Source: Octopus bimaculoides
Lineage: Eukaryota
NCBI RefSeq assembly: GCF_001194135.2
Contig: NC_068991.1
Coordinates: 65,644,052 to 65,708,051 of the forward strand
Length of the DNA stretch: 64,000 bases
Direction of reading: 5' to 3'
The notes under the pieces were generated by a model that saw nothing but the letters and a program-made list of their open reading frames with translations, searched no databases and had not been told where the DNA came from. Positions 39,493 to 52,760 of the stretch are shown one piece after another; position 1 is the stretch's first letter; every line of letters begins with the position of its first letter. Position numbers and translations under genes: made by a program.

Positions 39493-42400
39493 AACCTACT
39501 CGACTCGTAAATACTGCAGAAAACTGAATGAGAAACTATCGTCATTATCACGATCATCACTGTTCTGAGAATATTCATTTTAATATAACTATTAATATGA
39601 AGATGATATGGAAATATATGCTAGACATGCACACACATGTATATAATTCCTATTTCCATTGATTAAACATTACTTTTGGCATGCATTTAAATTACATTCC
39701 TCTTACACAGATAGAATAGCAGTGAGAGTGGAAGAATTTAGAGAAAGAGGGAAGAGAAATAGTGTGCAATGAATATGAGTGGCAATGGTTTGAGAAGAGT
39801 ATTTAAACCAGGTAAAAAGCTAACGACAGATCTAGGTAGGTAGCATTGTTGAAAGCAAGAACAGTAGAAAAATTTTTTTAAATAAATAAATTGGTATGTC
39901 TCATGAAAGAAAATTAATTCATACAAACCAACATTGATGTTATTGCAGTGATGTGTACTGTAAATGAGACACTTCCATACTAAGCTAACATTAATCCAAA
40001 ATGGAAAGGATTAAAAAAAAAAAATTTTTTAAGTTAAGGTGAGTGGTTGTAAACATCCTAGAAGAATGACAATAATGAAGAATGACAATAAAATTGTTAA
40101 CTTGAGAACTTGTAGAAATTGAAGAAAATTGAAGATTAGACAGTCAGCTAATCTTTTGTTTGACTGGTTTCTCTCATTTGGCTGTGACCATGCTGGGCCA
40201 TCACCTTGAAGGGTTTTAGTCAAACAAATTGACCCTAGAACTGATTTTCTTTCTTTTTTTTTTTTTTAAATAATCCTTAAGTCTAGTATTTATTCTATTG
40301 GTCTCTTACCAAACCACCGGGTTTCAGGTTTCAGGGATGTAAATGAACAAACACCAGTTCTCAAATAGTGTTGGTAGAGCATAATGATACACAAACACAC
40401 CAGACTTCCATGTTTTCCATCTACCTAATTCACTCACAAGGAACTGGTCATCCTGGGGCTATAGGAGAAGACACTCGCCCAAGGTGCTGCACAAAAAGGA
40501 CTGAACCCAAACCCCTGTGGTTGCAAAGCAGGATGCTTAACCACACAGCCATGCCTGAAACCACATCAGAATATCAGGAAAAAGATACTGACATTTAGAG
40601 AAAATGGGATATTGTAGAAGGTTAAAACTCTCTTACTACAAACAATGGAATTCTACCCAATTACACCAGTTGATTTAGAAGAAGGGTACTATGAAAAGCT
40701 GTTATCTCAGATCAACCTTGATTGAGCAAATGTGATCAAAGGTGTTCCAGCCATGACCACCACATCTTTTTGTACATCTAGGATTACATTGTCCAGTGTG
40801 TCCTTTCTTTGTTAAGACAGTAACGATGTGATTTTAGAGAATTTGGTTGATATTTCTAACAGGTTGAACAATCACATAAAAGTTCTCTTATTGGTTTCTT
40901 AACTATAAAATTGTTTATTTTGAGTTAATTCCATTTATTACCTGCTACAATAATCAAGCTGGAAAGCAAAATCTATAAATTGGGGTATGTGTTCCACTAT
41001 ACATTTTGTGTCCATATGACTTTCTAATAAGTATAAATATCACAATAAATTTTCAAAATCAAAAATTCGGAAAGGTTGAGCAAAATATAAGATTTCTATT
41101 TGTTATATTAAGTAAACGTTTAGAATACAAAAACAAAGTGCTTAAATAAAAATATGCTTTACCATTCATCTCATAAAATTTAAGCCAAAATTTCTAATTA
41201 ACCCTAAAGGCTCAGAGTTCCAGCTACTTCTGGCTGACAAAATACAAGATGTCAAAACACCACCGTCTCAGAATGCTATGTTCCAATGAGCTGGGTGTAT
41301 TGAACAAACTGTCATAAAAGGGAGAAGTCATTCTCCAATAACATACACTACAGTGACTGGCATATTTTGCATCTGAACCTGTCTAGACGTGCTAAGAATA
41401 AATATATAAATAATCTTTCCAGATATCGCTGTATAATGGTGCAAATAATGATTTTTTTCTTCTTTGGTTGGTAGATATAAGCACCAATCAGAAAACAATT
41501 TGTTTACAGAAAGTAAAGACAAATCCTGCAGCTTTGTCTAGGCTCAGAGTTCTGGCTACTTCCAGCTGACAAAGCCCATGTCAAAATACCAGCATCCCAG
41601 AATGCTGTGCACCAATGAGCTGAGTGTGTTGAATACACTGTTATAATAGAGAAATTACTCTCCTAAGATGAATAAATATGTGAATCTTTCCTTTTGATAC
41701 TGGTTTTCCAAGAAAAAGAAATACCTTATGTTTTAAAGTATTCGGTGCTGCTTTGGTATGTGATCTACAAGAGTCAAATTCTACTTTAGTATGCAATCTA
41801 CATGTTTCATTAATTTATCATAACTTAAAACATTCTTACATATTTATACATTTATTTAAAAAGATTAAAATGAAGCAGATTTGAAACAAGTTTACTAATT
41901 TTATGGGCGAATTGAACGAACATCAGCTAGAAAAAAAATGATCAAAATTTTTGTACATTTTACACATTTATTATTAAGACTCGTGTATCACACTCTCTAA
42001 CCAGACATTCTCTTGAAACTGATACAGGTGTTTTCCTTGTTCTTGATGAGTATAACTTTTATTGTAGATCACAATATAAAGTGTAGATTGCATACCAAAG
42101 CAATTTCATGACACGTAGATTACATACCAAAGTAGCACCAAGTATTCAATATTTAGATTGAAACCTTCTTTTATAATTTCATTGAAGTACCTTTTGTTAA
42201 TTTATATCTCAGCTAGCAGCTTAAAAATGATGAAGTCAGTTGTTTGCTGATATTTGGAAAATAATCAAGAATTTGATGACATTTAGTCAAAACAAATACC
42301 ACAAGGTTTTCTATCTGACACTAATGAATGACTCACTCTCTCTGGTTCTGAGTTCAAATCCAGCCAAAGTCAACTTTGATAAAAAGGTAACCAGTCCAGG

Positions 42401-42589
42401 CAAAACTATAAGAATGAATGTAGGGCCAGAATACTTTGCTATATCTCTTCCAGCTATTTGTGTTCAAACTTCAAATCCTGCTACAGACTGCTACCCAGTT
42501 TAAAACCATCACCTGGTGCCATAAGTGTCCTTAGCAGAGTCCACTAGGTTGCTAGTATACTGACTATGTCTCTGGTTTGAGGACATCCT

Positions 42590-42727
42590 CCTTCCATTGA
42601 GATTGACTTTGCCTTTCATCCTTTCAGGGTCGATAAATTAAGTACCAGTTGCATACTGGGGTCAATCCAATTGACTGGCCCCCTCCCCCAAAATTTCAGG
42701 CCTTGTGCCTAGAGTAGAAAAGGATAT
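42590..42727 (+). mobile_element. SINE family B 3' portion, young
   Basis: gactttgcctttcatcctttcagggtcgataaattaagtaccagttg...ccttgtgcctagagtagaaaagg. Other plus-strand copies at about 32320-32490, 47085-47235, 48310-48520 and 48837-49050. Confidence 0.85.
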
Positions 42728-42826
42728 CTTCTTCCTTCCTTCCCACTAGTCTTGGAATCCTTGTAAATGGTCACAGGCACTGATAGACAATGCATTTCGC
42801 TAAAAATCTAGTCGCAAATGGGTCAA

Positions 42827-43037
42827 CACTTTAGCATTTAAACAGTCATATCTGGCTTAAATATTTAACCCATTTTAATTTAAAACTGGTCAGATCTGCC
42901 TTCTTACACCTAACCTACAATGTCACTTTAAAACTAAGCAAATCAAATCTTGAAGCTACAAGATAATACATGATTAAATGAAAGCAATGTGAATAAATAA
43001 GCACTATATTTAAAAAGGTGATCTAAATGCTAAGGAG
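42827..43037. mobile_element. piggyBac-like MITE
   Basis: TIRs cactttagcattta / taaatgctaaggag, flanked by tcaa and ttaa. Confidence 0.5.
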
Positions 43038-43454
43038 TTAAATAGAAATGCTTTTTAATACAGGCAATTTTGCATGGGATGGTAACAGGAGGACTGAAGG
43101 CCAAGTTGGGCAGGTCAGTAGAAAAACAGTTTAAACAATTTCAATCTTGACAAGTATTTTAGTGATAAAATAATTAAGGTGGTGAGTGACTCGCTCAACA
43201 AACAAATGGTAAGTGTCTGTTTGACCAAGGAAAATGAAACAAATACATACATCTAAATTCTGTCTTGAGAGTGTAATCTGACCACCACCATTATACCCAC
43301 TGACATACCCACACATCCATCCTCTCACCACACACACACACACACACACACACCTATAAACACAAGTATGGTTATATAGTAAAGAAATTCCTTTCATAAG
43401 TTAAAAGTTCCAAGTTCAATCCCACTGCATGACACCTTGGGTAGTTTTTAACAC

Positions 43455-43660
43455 TACTCTTTTACTTGTTTCAGTCATTTGACTGTGGCCATGCTGGAGC
43501 ACCGCCTTTTAGTGTCGAGCTAATTGACCCCAGGACTTATTCTTTGTAAGCCTAGTACTTATTCTATCAGTCTCTTTAGCCAAACCGCTAAGTTACGGGG
43601 ACGTAAACACACCAGCATCGGTTGTCAAGCGATGTTGGGGGGACAAACACAGACACACAA

Positions 43661-43699
<39 letters not shown>

Positions 43700-43860
43700 A
43701 CGCGCTTCTTTCAATTTCCGTCTACCAAATCCACTCACAGGGCTTTGGCCGGCCCGAAGCTATAGTAGAAGACACTTGCCCAAGGTGCCACGCAGTGGGA
43801 CTGAACCCGGAACCATGTGGTTGGTAAGTAAGCTACTTACCACACAACCATTCCTACGCC
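43455..43860 (-). mobile_element. SINE family A, near full-length
   Basis: Collinear with 29101-29498; (TA)n centre. Confidence 0.92.
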
Positions 43861-44295
43861 TATATACAAAAAAAAAATTCTTTATATACTTCTAAAAAAT
43901 TAGTGATAGCTTTGTTTTCAAGGTGACATTTTATAAAAGAGCTGTTCTATGTATACATACATGCATATATACACATGTACATATACGCACACATGTGGGT
44001 GCACGGCAATGGGGTTTATGCAGTTCACTTTCACAATCCTGCTGAACAGCACTTAGCAAATTATCTACTATAGCCTCAGGGTGATCAAATTTAGTGAGCA
44101 AAATCAAGCAAATGGAAATTGGATTAGGAATCTGCTAGATATAGTGTTACTCTGATTCTGACTGAGGATTTCATTAAGGGTACAAGTGTCTATAAAATAA
44201 CCAACCATGATAATTTAATGAGTAGGTAATCTTGGTGATCAGATAGCTGAAGCACTTTCTGGAGGAATGAACAGACTTCATCATTAAATAAAGTG

Positions 44296-44722
44296 ATTGA
44301 TAGATAGCTAGATAGATAGATAGACAGATCAATAGATAGATATATTCGTTTGAAACAGATTAGACAAATGACAGGCATATATGGATAGACTGATAAACGA
44401 AAAGACAGACAAACAGACGAAAGGATAGATGGATAGACAGATAGACAAACAGACGAATGGATACACGGATAGACAGATAGACAAACAGACGAATGGATAC
44501 ACGGATAGACAGATAGACAAACAGACGAATGGATAACTGGATAGACAGATAGACAAATGGATAGGTGAATAGACAGACAGACAGATGAATAGATAGGTGG
44601 ATAGACAGACGAATGGATAGGTAGAAAGATAGATGAACAGATACGTGGATAGATAGAAATATGAATAGACAGACATATGGATAGACAGAGGTGGACAGAC
44701 AGATGGATGAATAGATAGATAA
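44296..44722. repeat. GATA/GACA-derived complex satellite
   Basis: Mixed gata/gaca/ggat tetramers; 36-bp unit repeated three times at 44431-44538. Confidence 0.9.
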
Positions 44723-47237
44723 GAGAATCTAAAATAACCTCCTGCAAGTGAAAAATCTAAATAAAAAAGAAATACACATGAAATTGATTAGTAGCGATCA
44801 ACACTCCTATATACGAACTGTTCACCAGTCTAAACCATAAACATGCAAACTTCTTTAAGATGAAAACCAAACTGGTTTCAATAGTGATACTTGTGATCAT
44901 GCAATTTAGATGAAGACGATAGTTTATTGTCCTGGCTGTCTTTGTTTATAATTGGCACTATGGCAAGTGATGATGAAGTGCAAAGGAGGTGGAGCAATCA
45001 ACAAGAAATGGTGATGAAATATGGTCGAATAACATTCCTTACAACACGATAACGATCACTAATAGTTCTGACATTCCATCAGGTGCTTCGCTACAACCTG
45101 TCACAAAACAGTAATTAAAAGTCATGCATGCACACATATATAGACATATACCCTGCATCCAGTGACACAACTGTAGTAAGCTACAACTAATTAACAAAGA
45201 CATATAAGTTACACATTAAAATCCGGTAACACATTTGCATTTTGCTAGACATACACATTTCCAATGACAACCAGTTACTTAGATCACACACACACATTTC
45301 ATCCAATGATAACTGAATTTAATAGCTCTCTCTCTATTTCCATCTCTCACACACATACTCGTACATTATATCCAACGACCTCTCTTCCTCTATCTGTCTC
45401 TTTCACATGAACACTATCCAATGATAACCAACTTTAACAGCTTACTCCCTATCTCTCTTTCACGCACACACACATGCATGCACAATACATTCAATGACAA
45501 GTGAAATCTAACAGCTTTCTCACGCACGCATGTGTACACACACACACACATGTAAGTTATCTGGTCACATTATAAGTGAAATACTCTGTGAAAAAGAAAA
45601 AACCAACCACAAACAAACAAACACACAAAAATTAACCAGTTGAGTGTAATTAAATACTGTCCACTGCCTAAATTAAAAACAAGTCTTGTGATGAACCTGA
45701 AGTGAACAGAAATCCGTAGGTGTTAAGGAGCCAAATAAAAATACCTTTCATTGAAAATCCTTTGGAGTGCATGGAAATTAATAAAAGAAAAAAAACAAAC
45801 AAAATGCAAAATAAACTAATTAAAACAATATTTAAAGCTTTACAATGAAAAATGTAAAATGTAAAAAATACATTGAGATACAAAACAGACTTTTACAGAG
45901 CAACTAATTGAACAAAATAAGACATTGTAAAGGTAGTCTTTGTGCATTTAGGAAATTAAATCTTGAAAAATAAATGGGAAAAAAATAAATAAATAAAGCT
46001 TAGATATAATTTTTTATTTTTTACTTTTTTTTTCAGAAATATAATTTTTGAAAAAAAAAAAAAAAGAAAAAAATTATACCTAACAAGTTTTGCAAAATTT
46101 CTTCATCATGCTTTGAAGTTATAGCGAAAAACAACATAAAAGGAAATAAACATAAAGAGATAAATAATAAAATAAAATAAAAAGCTACTGTTTACAAAAA
46201 AAAAAAAAGAATAATTAGCAAACGGTGGGCACTGCCTTATGAAGCAGACTTGCTGTCTCTATCCACATCAGCCAATAACATAAAAAAGGGGAAACATTTG
46301 CAAGGTGATAAATGTCTGNNNNNNNNNNNNNNNNNNNNNNNNNNNNNNNNNNNNNNNNNNNNNNNNNNNNNNNNNNNNNNNNNNNNNNNNNNNNNNNNNN
46401 NNNNNNNNNNNNNTGTTCAAAAAATCTATACCCAAAGCAAGGAATATAAGTGTAGCAGCGGCAGAATGTAATAGCAAGCACCAAAGTTTTTCATAGAGAG
46501 AGAGAGAGAGATCAGTCTAAAACTTGTAGAATAGGGGGAAAAAGTTTCCTCAAAGTTTTAACTGATACCAAAAACAACAAAAATTAATTTTACTAATAAA
46601 ACTATTTTCAATGTTGATCTCACGGAGACGAAGTGGACGAGTTTCTTTTGGACAGGCCTCCCGGAGGCAAGGTGACTGAGTTCTTTTCGAGCATTGGGCC
46701 CCATGAGGCAAAGTGGCCAAGCTCCTTTTGAGTGTTGGGCCTCACAGAGGCAATGAACAAGACCTCTGGCATTATGCTACGCTTGATAAGAAGACCCATC
46801 AAGCCAAGCAAATTTGCAGTCATGGCAGATACCAATGTCATGCCAGTGGCACATAAAAGCACCCATTACACTCTCAGAGTGGATGGCATTAGGAAGGGCA
46901 TCCAGTTGTAGAAAACCATGCTAAATCAGACTGGATCCTGGTGCAGACTTCCAGCTAACCAGCCCAGCCAAACCGTCCAACTCATGCCAGCATGGATAAT
47001 GGACATTAAATGATGATGATGATTAAAATAGATAACAAAAACTATTGGTAATTTTATCACTTCTTTATATTATCATCATTAAGTTAAGATGCCAAGCTGG
47101 CAGAATCATTAGTATGCCTTTCATCTTTTTGGGGTCGATAAAATAAGCACTAGTGAAACACTGGGGTCAATGCAATCAACTTACCCCCTGCCTCAAACTT
47201 GCTGGCCATGTGCCAAACTTTGAAACTATTATTATTA

Positions 47238-47380
47238 TTACCGTATTTTAACCTGTATAAGGTACCACCTAATTTTGGGGTCTTAAAATTTGGAAAAAAG
47301 GTTTTGTAAGTGATTATAATACTATCCATATACAAGAAACTCCCATATTTTTTTAACCTAATTTTTGACAAAAAAGGGTT
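47238..47380 (+). mobile_element. Tigger/pogo-like terminal fragment
   Basis: Begins taccgtattttaacctgtataagg...cacctaattttggggtc, resembling TACCGTATTT-type ends; no second end is visible. Confidence 0.4.
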
Positions 47381-49829
47381 CCTTCATCATCATCATCATC
47401 ATCATCATCGTTTAACGTCCGCTTTCCATGCTAGCATGGGTTGGACGATTTGACTGAGGACTGGTGAAACCGGATGGCAACACCAGGCTCCAGTCTGATT
47501 TGGCAGAGTTTCTACAGCTGGATGCCCTTCCTAACGCCAACCACTCAGAGAGTGTAGTGGGTGCTTTTACGTGTCNNNNNNNNNNNNNNNNNNNNNNNNN
47601 NNNNNNNNNNNNNNNNNNNNNNNNNNNNNNNNNNNNNNNNNNNNNNNNNNNNNNNNNNNNNNNNNNNNNNNNNNNNNNNNNNNNNNNNNNNNNNNNNNNN
47701 NNNNNNNNNNNNNNNNNNNNNNNNNNNNNNNNNNNNNNNNNNNNNNNNNNNNNNNNNNNNNNNNNNNNNNNNNNNNNNNNNNNNNNNNNNNNNNNNNNNN
47801 NNNNNNNNNNNNNNNNNNNNNNNNNNNNNNNNNNNNNNNNNNNNNNNNNNNNNNNNNNNNNNNNNNNNNNNNNNNNNNNNNNNNNNNNNNNNNNNNNNNN
47901 NNNNNNNNNNNNNNNNNNNNNNNNNNNNNNNNNNNNNNNNNNNNNNNNNNNNNNNNNNNNNNNNNNNNNNNNNNNNNNNNNNNNNNNNNNNNNNNNNNNN
48001 NNNNNNNNNNNNNNNNNNNNNNNNNNNNNNNNNNNNNNNNNNNNNNNNNNNNNNNNNNNNNNNNNNNNNNNNNNNNNNNNNNNNNNNNNNNNNNNNNNNN
48101 NNNNNNNNNNNNNNNNNNNNNNNNNNNNNNNNNNNNNNNNNNNNNNNNNNNNNNNNNNNNNNNNNNNNNNNNNNNNNNNNNNNNNNNNNNNNNNNNNNNN
48201 NNNNNNNNNNNNNNNNNNNNNNNCCTGTCAAGTACCACGGTCAATATAATCACTCTCCGCTCAAAATTGCTGGCCTTGTGCCAAAATTTGAAAGAATTAT
48301 CATTATTAAGATGACAAGCTGGCAGAAGCGTTAGCACATCAGACAAAATGCTTAGTGTTTTTTTTTTTTGTTTTTTTTAGCTCTTTGAGGCCCGAGTTCA
48401 AATACTGCTAAGGTTAACTTTTGCCTTTAATCTTTTCTAGATTGATAAAATTAAGAACCAGCCAAGAACTGGGGTTGATGTAATTGACTTACCCTTTCCA
48501 TCAAAACAGCTGGTTTTCAAATACCACTTGAAGGGGTAAATGAAAGTAGAACGGAAAGTACTAAGTACTATCATCCAGTAAATTTACTGGAAGGTGGGTG
48601 AGAGTTTGCCGCAGTAGAATGAACCTATTCTAAATATGCATCTGTGAGACAGATCACAACTGAGAGGGAGCACTTTTATTTGGATTTTAATTTGCTTACA
48701 TTTTTTTCTTTTCTTACAAAGTCATTATAAATCCCCTCCCCTTTTGTAGTTTCTCTTTATAATAGCTTCCTTTTGTCTCCCTTGTGGCAGTAAAAAAAAT
48801 TATTATTATTATTAAAGTGTTTTTATTATTAAATAAGACAGCAAGCTGGCAGAACCTCTAGCACATTGAACAAAGTGCTTAGTGACATTTCTTCTGACTC
48901 TTTACAGTCAGAGTTCACATTACACCAATGTCAACTTTGCCTTTCATCCATTCAGGATCAATAAAATGAGCACCAGTTTAGCACTAGGGTTGATACAATC
49001 GACTGTCCCCTCCCCAACAATTTCAGGCCTTTGTGTCTATAGTAGAATTATTAAATTGTTGACCAAATTGGTGCAAATGGTAAAAACACTTGAAGTGTTT
49101 TTCCACAGTTTATAGACAAATTGTCTCAGAGCAATGGAACAGAATTGCTACAACATCAGACAAAATATGTTGTAGGATTTGTTTTAGCTCTTTATAATCT
49201 GAGTTCAAATATCCAACTATAGTTGGTTGACAAGTAGAGGTGGGGACAAACAGACAATACACATGCATGATGGGCTTCTATACAGTTTTCATCTGCCAAA
49301 TTCACTCACAAGGCTTTGGTTGGCCTGGGAGTATACACAAATGAAACTATGCCCAAGGTGTTGCACTGTGGAACTGAACCCAAAACCACATGGTTGCAAA
49401 GCAAGCTTCTTAACCACACTCTTTTACTTGTTTTAGTCATTTGACTGCAGCCATGCTGGAGCAGCCATGTTTGTACTAAAAGTCAGCCCTCAGCTCCTAT
49501 CATGAGGAGGTGGAAGGGGTTAAGATCAACTATAGCCTGCTTCCCCTCAAAATTAAGTACAGGTGGTGGGGATTGTGGTGAATTTCACTATACTTTAGCC
49601 CTAGAAATCAAACTTTGTGACCTTGTGCTATCAGATATTAAATATGAAGAGAATTGCTAATTAGTAAATAAAAAGAGAAAGCCATTCAAATTGTCAATGC
49701 ATAGCAATATCTTTCTGAACCATTCTAACTTACTCAGACCTTACAAAATATCTTATGGATATCTCAGACTTCACCAACTGGGTAATACATATATACGTGT
49801 GTTATTTAATGGATAATTAAAAAAAAGCA

Positions 49830-50240
49830 ATGTATATCTTTTATCTCTTACTTGTCTCAGTCATTGGGCTGTAGCTGGGGCATTGCCTTGAAGAGTTTTA
49901 GCCAAGCAAATTGATCCCCATATTTATTTTTAAGTCTGGTATTTATTCTTGTGGACTCACTTGTCAAACCATTAGGTTATGGTGATGTAAACAAACCAAC
50001 GCCAGTTGTCAAGAGGTGTGTGTTGTGGAGACAAACACATATAAAGATACACACACGTAGATATATCTATATATATGCACAATGGGCTTCCACAGTTTCC
50101 ATTTACCAGATTCACTCGCAAGGCATTGGTCAATCTGGGGCTATAGTAGATGCTTGCACAAGGTGCCACACAATGAAACTGAACTCAAAACCATGTGGTT
50201 TCAAAGCAAGCTTCTTAAACATACAGCCATGCCTGCACCT
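49830..50240 (-). mobile_element. SINE family A, old copy
   Basis: Collinear and diverged; a neighbouring copy lies at about 49225-49460. Confidence 0.75.
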
Positions 50241-50699
50241 ATATATGTACACTTTTGCAGATGGTTCCATTTATATCGCTTCATAGATACAGTAGTAAAG
50301 TTCATAGCTCTTATCTTATTACTTTCTGAACTCTTCTGACAGATTATCTCTTGTCTTCTTAGTTTCTAGGAATTATATTTCATCACACACACCTTTATTT
50401 CACTGATATACTTACACATCCTTAATCCCACCACATACATACCTATAAACACAAGCATGTCATATGGTTAAGAAGTTCACTTCACAAGTTCAAGGTACCA
50501 GGTTTAATTTCACTGCACAGCACTTTGCTAAGTGTATTTTATCATAGCCTTAAGTCAAGCCATGCCTGTGAGTGGAATTTGGTAAATGAAAGCTGCATAA
50601 AAGACTAAGACTGGTTATAGGTGGTTGAAAATCTACTGCCTGGTTTTGCACCAGCAGTGGCCCTTGAGCACCTTTTAGCAAGAGATTGTAGCAGAGTGC

Positions 50700-50945
50700 C
50701 AATTCCACCTGGATGGCAACACTATCAGTCTAACCAATCAACAGCACTTGAAAACAACCATGACTTGGGTACCACCCGATGGCAGGCATAAAAGGGACAG
50801 GCTGAAGATCACTAGGCAGTGGACATATCAAAATGATCTGGAGATAGTCAACACTGGATGGAACATATGTGCAAGAATAGCAGCAGACAGACACCAATAA
50901 AGGAAGCTTGTTGCCCGATGCGCTGAGCAACACAGGAGAACCTAA
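50700..50945 (+). mobile_element. RTE-clade LINE ORF2 C-terminal remnant
   Basis: TMTWVPPDGRHKRDRLKIT...QNDLEIVN..WNICARIAADRHQ*RKLVARCAEQHRRT*. Confidence 0.72.
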
Positions 50946-51683
50946 AGCTAACAAAAAACTTGATAACTTGATGTGCTGTTTCCTACTGTTGCAGCAAATC
51001 ATGACACCTGGTTCCCTTCTCCCTTTTTTACCAAACTTGGAGGCTCTGTAAATGAATCAAAGATGCTGCCCTTCCTTTTCTAGTTGCTAAGCAATAAATA
51101 TGTATGCTGTAATTCTCTCAGATCTGAGAAACTATAAAATGGTTCAGAAAGAAGAGGCTGAAAGTGGTAAAATATAAATTTAAAAAATACATACATACAT
51201 ACATATAAGTATGTATGCAAATATATGTATGTAATATATATAGTGCAGTTACATTTTCCTAAGTGAATCCTGAATGTGTTAAACAAGCCAAAATCACCAG
51301 CATCAACTCTCCAATCTGTGGATGGTAAACAAACATTCTCATGGAAATAAAAGGAAGTTTCAAAGAAGCAGCAACAGTAGTGGTGTAGATGGGGGGTGGT
51401 GATGGGTGACAAAGTGGTCAAATTTAAGTGTGAATGCAACTGGGTTTATTTGTCATGTATATATTATATGAATGGGCGTGAGAGAGAGAGGACAATGAGA
51501 AGACATGTTTTTATAAGAGCTAAAGAAAACACAAATGGTGATTTGAAACAAAGTTTATTTACAGACAAGAGATTAGACAGAAAAAGACAGAAAAGGTGAA
51601 GGAAAGAAAGATCAAAATACATTCTTACTAATCTAGAAAATTAACACAAAGTATGTGTGTGTGTGTGTGTGTGTGAGAGAGAA

Positions 51684-51734
<51 letters not shown>

Positions 51735-51736
51735 CA

Positions 51737-52380
51737 GAATGTTTGTGAGAATGTGCATGAGAGCATGAGAATGTGGACAAGAGTGCATGGGAATGTGGAC
51801 AAGTGTAAGAATGTGCAAGAGTGCATAGCAATGTGCGTGAGTGTATAAGGACATGCATGAGTGTAAGAACATGCGTGAGAGTGCATAAGAGTGTGTGCCA
51901 GGGTGCATAAGAGTGTGCACAAGAATATGCACAAGAGTACACAAGAATATGCACAAGAGTGCGTAAGAATGTGCACGAGTGCATGTGTACAAGCGTGCAT
52001 TATAATGTGCACAAGAGCGTGTAAGAATGTGCACAAGAGTGCATAAGAATTTGTGCAAGAGTACGTAAGAATGTGCGCAAGAGTGCATAAGAATGTGCAC
52101 AAGAGTGTGTAAGAAGTTGTGCAAGAGTACGTAAGAATGTGCGCAAGAGTGCGTAAGAATGTGCACAAGAGTACGTAAGAATGTGTGCAAGAGTGCGTAA
52201 GAATGTGCACAAGAGTGTGTAAGAATGTCACAAGAGTGCACAAAAATGTCAAGAGTACATGAGTGTGCAAGAATGTGCACGAGTGCGTAAGAATGTCACA
52301 AGAGTGCATAAGAATGCCACAAGACTGCATGAGTGTGCGTGAGTGCATAAGAATGTGTATAAGAGAGTGTGAGAATGTGC
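51737..52380. repeat. Degenerate ~22-bp minisatellite (aagaatgtgcacaagagtgcgt) abutting (GT)n
   Basis: Alternating aagaatgtgc(a/g)c and aagagt(g/a)cgt subunits; (GT)n/(GA)n at 51655-51732. Confidence 0.9.
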
Positions 52381-52449
52381 ATGTGTGTGGTCAAATGAAA
52401 GTCACGATGGAATAACATTCCTATATGTGTAACAATGCTGCTGCTGTTA

Positions 52450-52760
52450 CACATACAAGCATACTCGACAAGGACCCATTTTCTTCCAAAAAGCTCCCCC
52501 ACTGATTGGTAGTCTGTAGTCTATGGGTGTGCTGTTTCCAGAATGTTTTCTTGCTTTTCTACCATTATTACAATGGCATCTGCTCTTTGGAATTAGCTAG
52601 TTGCATACCATGTCCATTGAAGTTCATCCCCTTTTCTCGCAATCAACTCTTCCTATCACTCTTATCATACGTTCCAGGCTCCACATAACCTACCTTTCCA
52701 CCAGTGTTGGCAGGTCTGTTTAGTCATTGGCATAGACCCCTTCATCCTGACTAAATTACA
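52450..52760 (+). mobile_element. CR1/Jockey-like LINE ORF2 C-terminal remnant
   Basis: LLFYHYYNGICSLELASCIPCPLKF matches the LFYRY..G.CS.EL...IP motif. Confidence 0.62.

Noticed and set aside
44190-44747. 185-aa and 115-aa ORFs
   Set aside because: Translations of the GATA/GACA satellite.
45058-45073. MSELL as Rab4 exon 1
   Set aside because: No phase-1 GT donor after the fifth codon (G|TG), and the residues differ from the ETY pattern.
47464-48346. Five 228-261-aa ORFs
   Set aside because: They span the 47576-48223 gap; the flanks are an RTE-tail element and a SINE.
51633-52348. 215-aa and 235-aa His/Thr-rich ORFs as genes
   Set aside because: They are translations of a minisatellite that lacks stop triplets on that strand; no splice or domain evidence.
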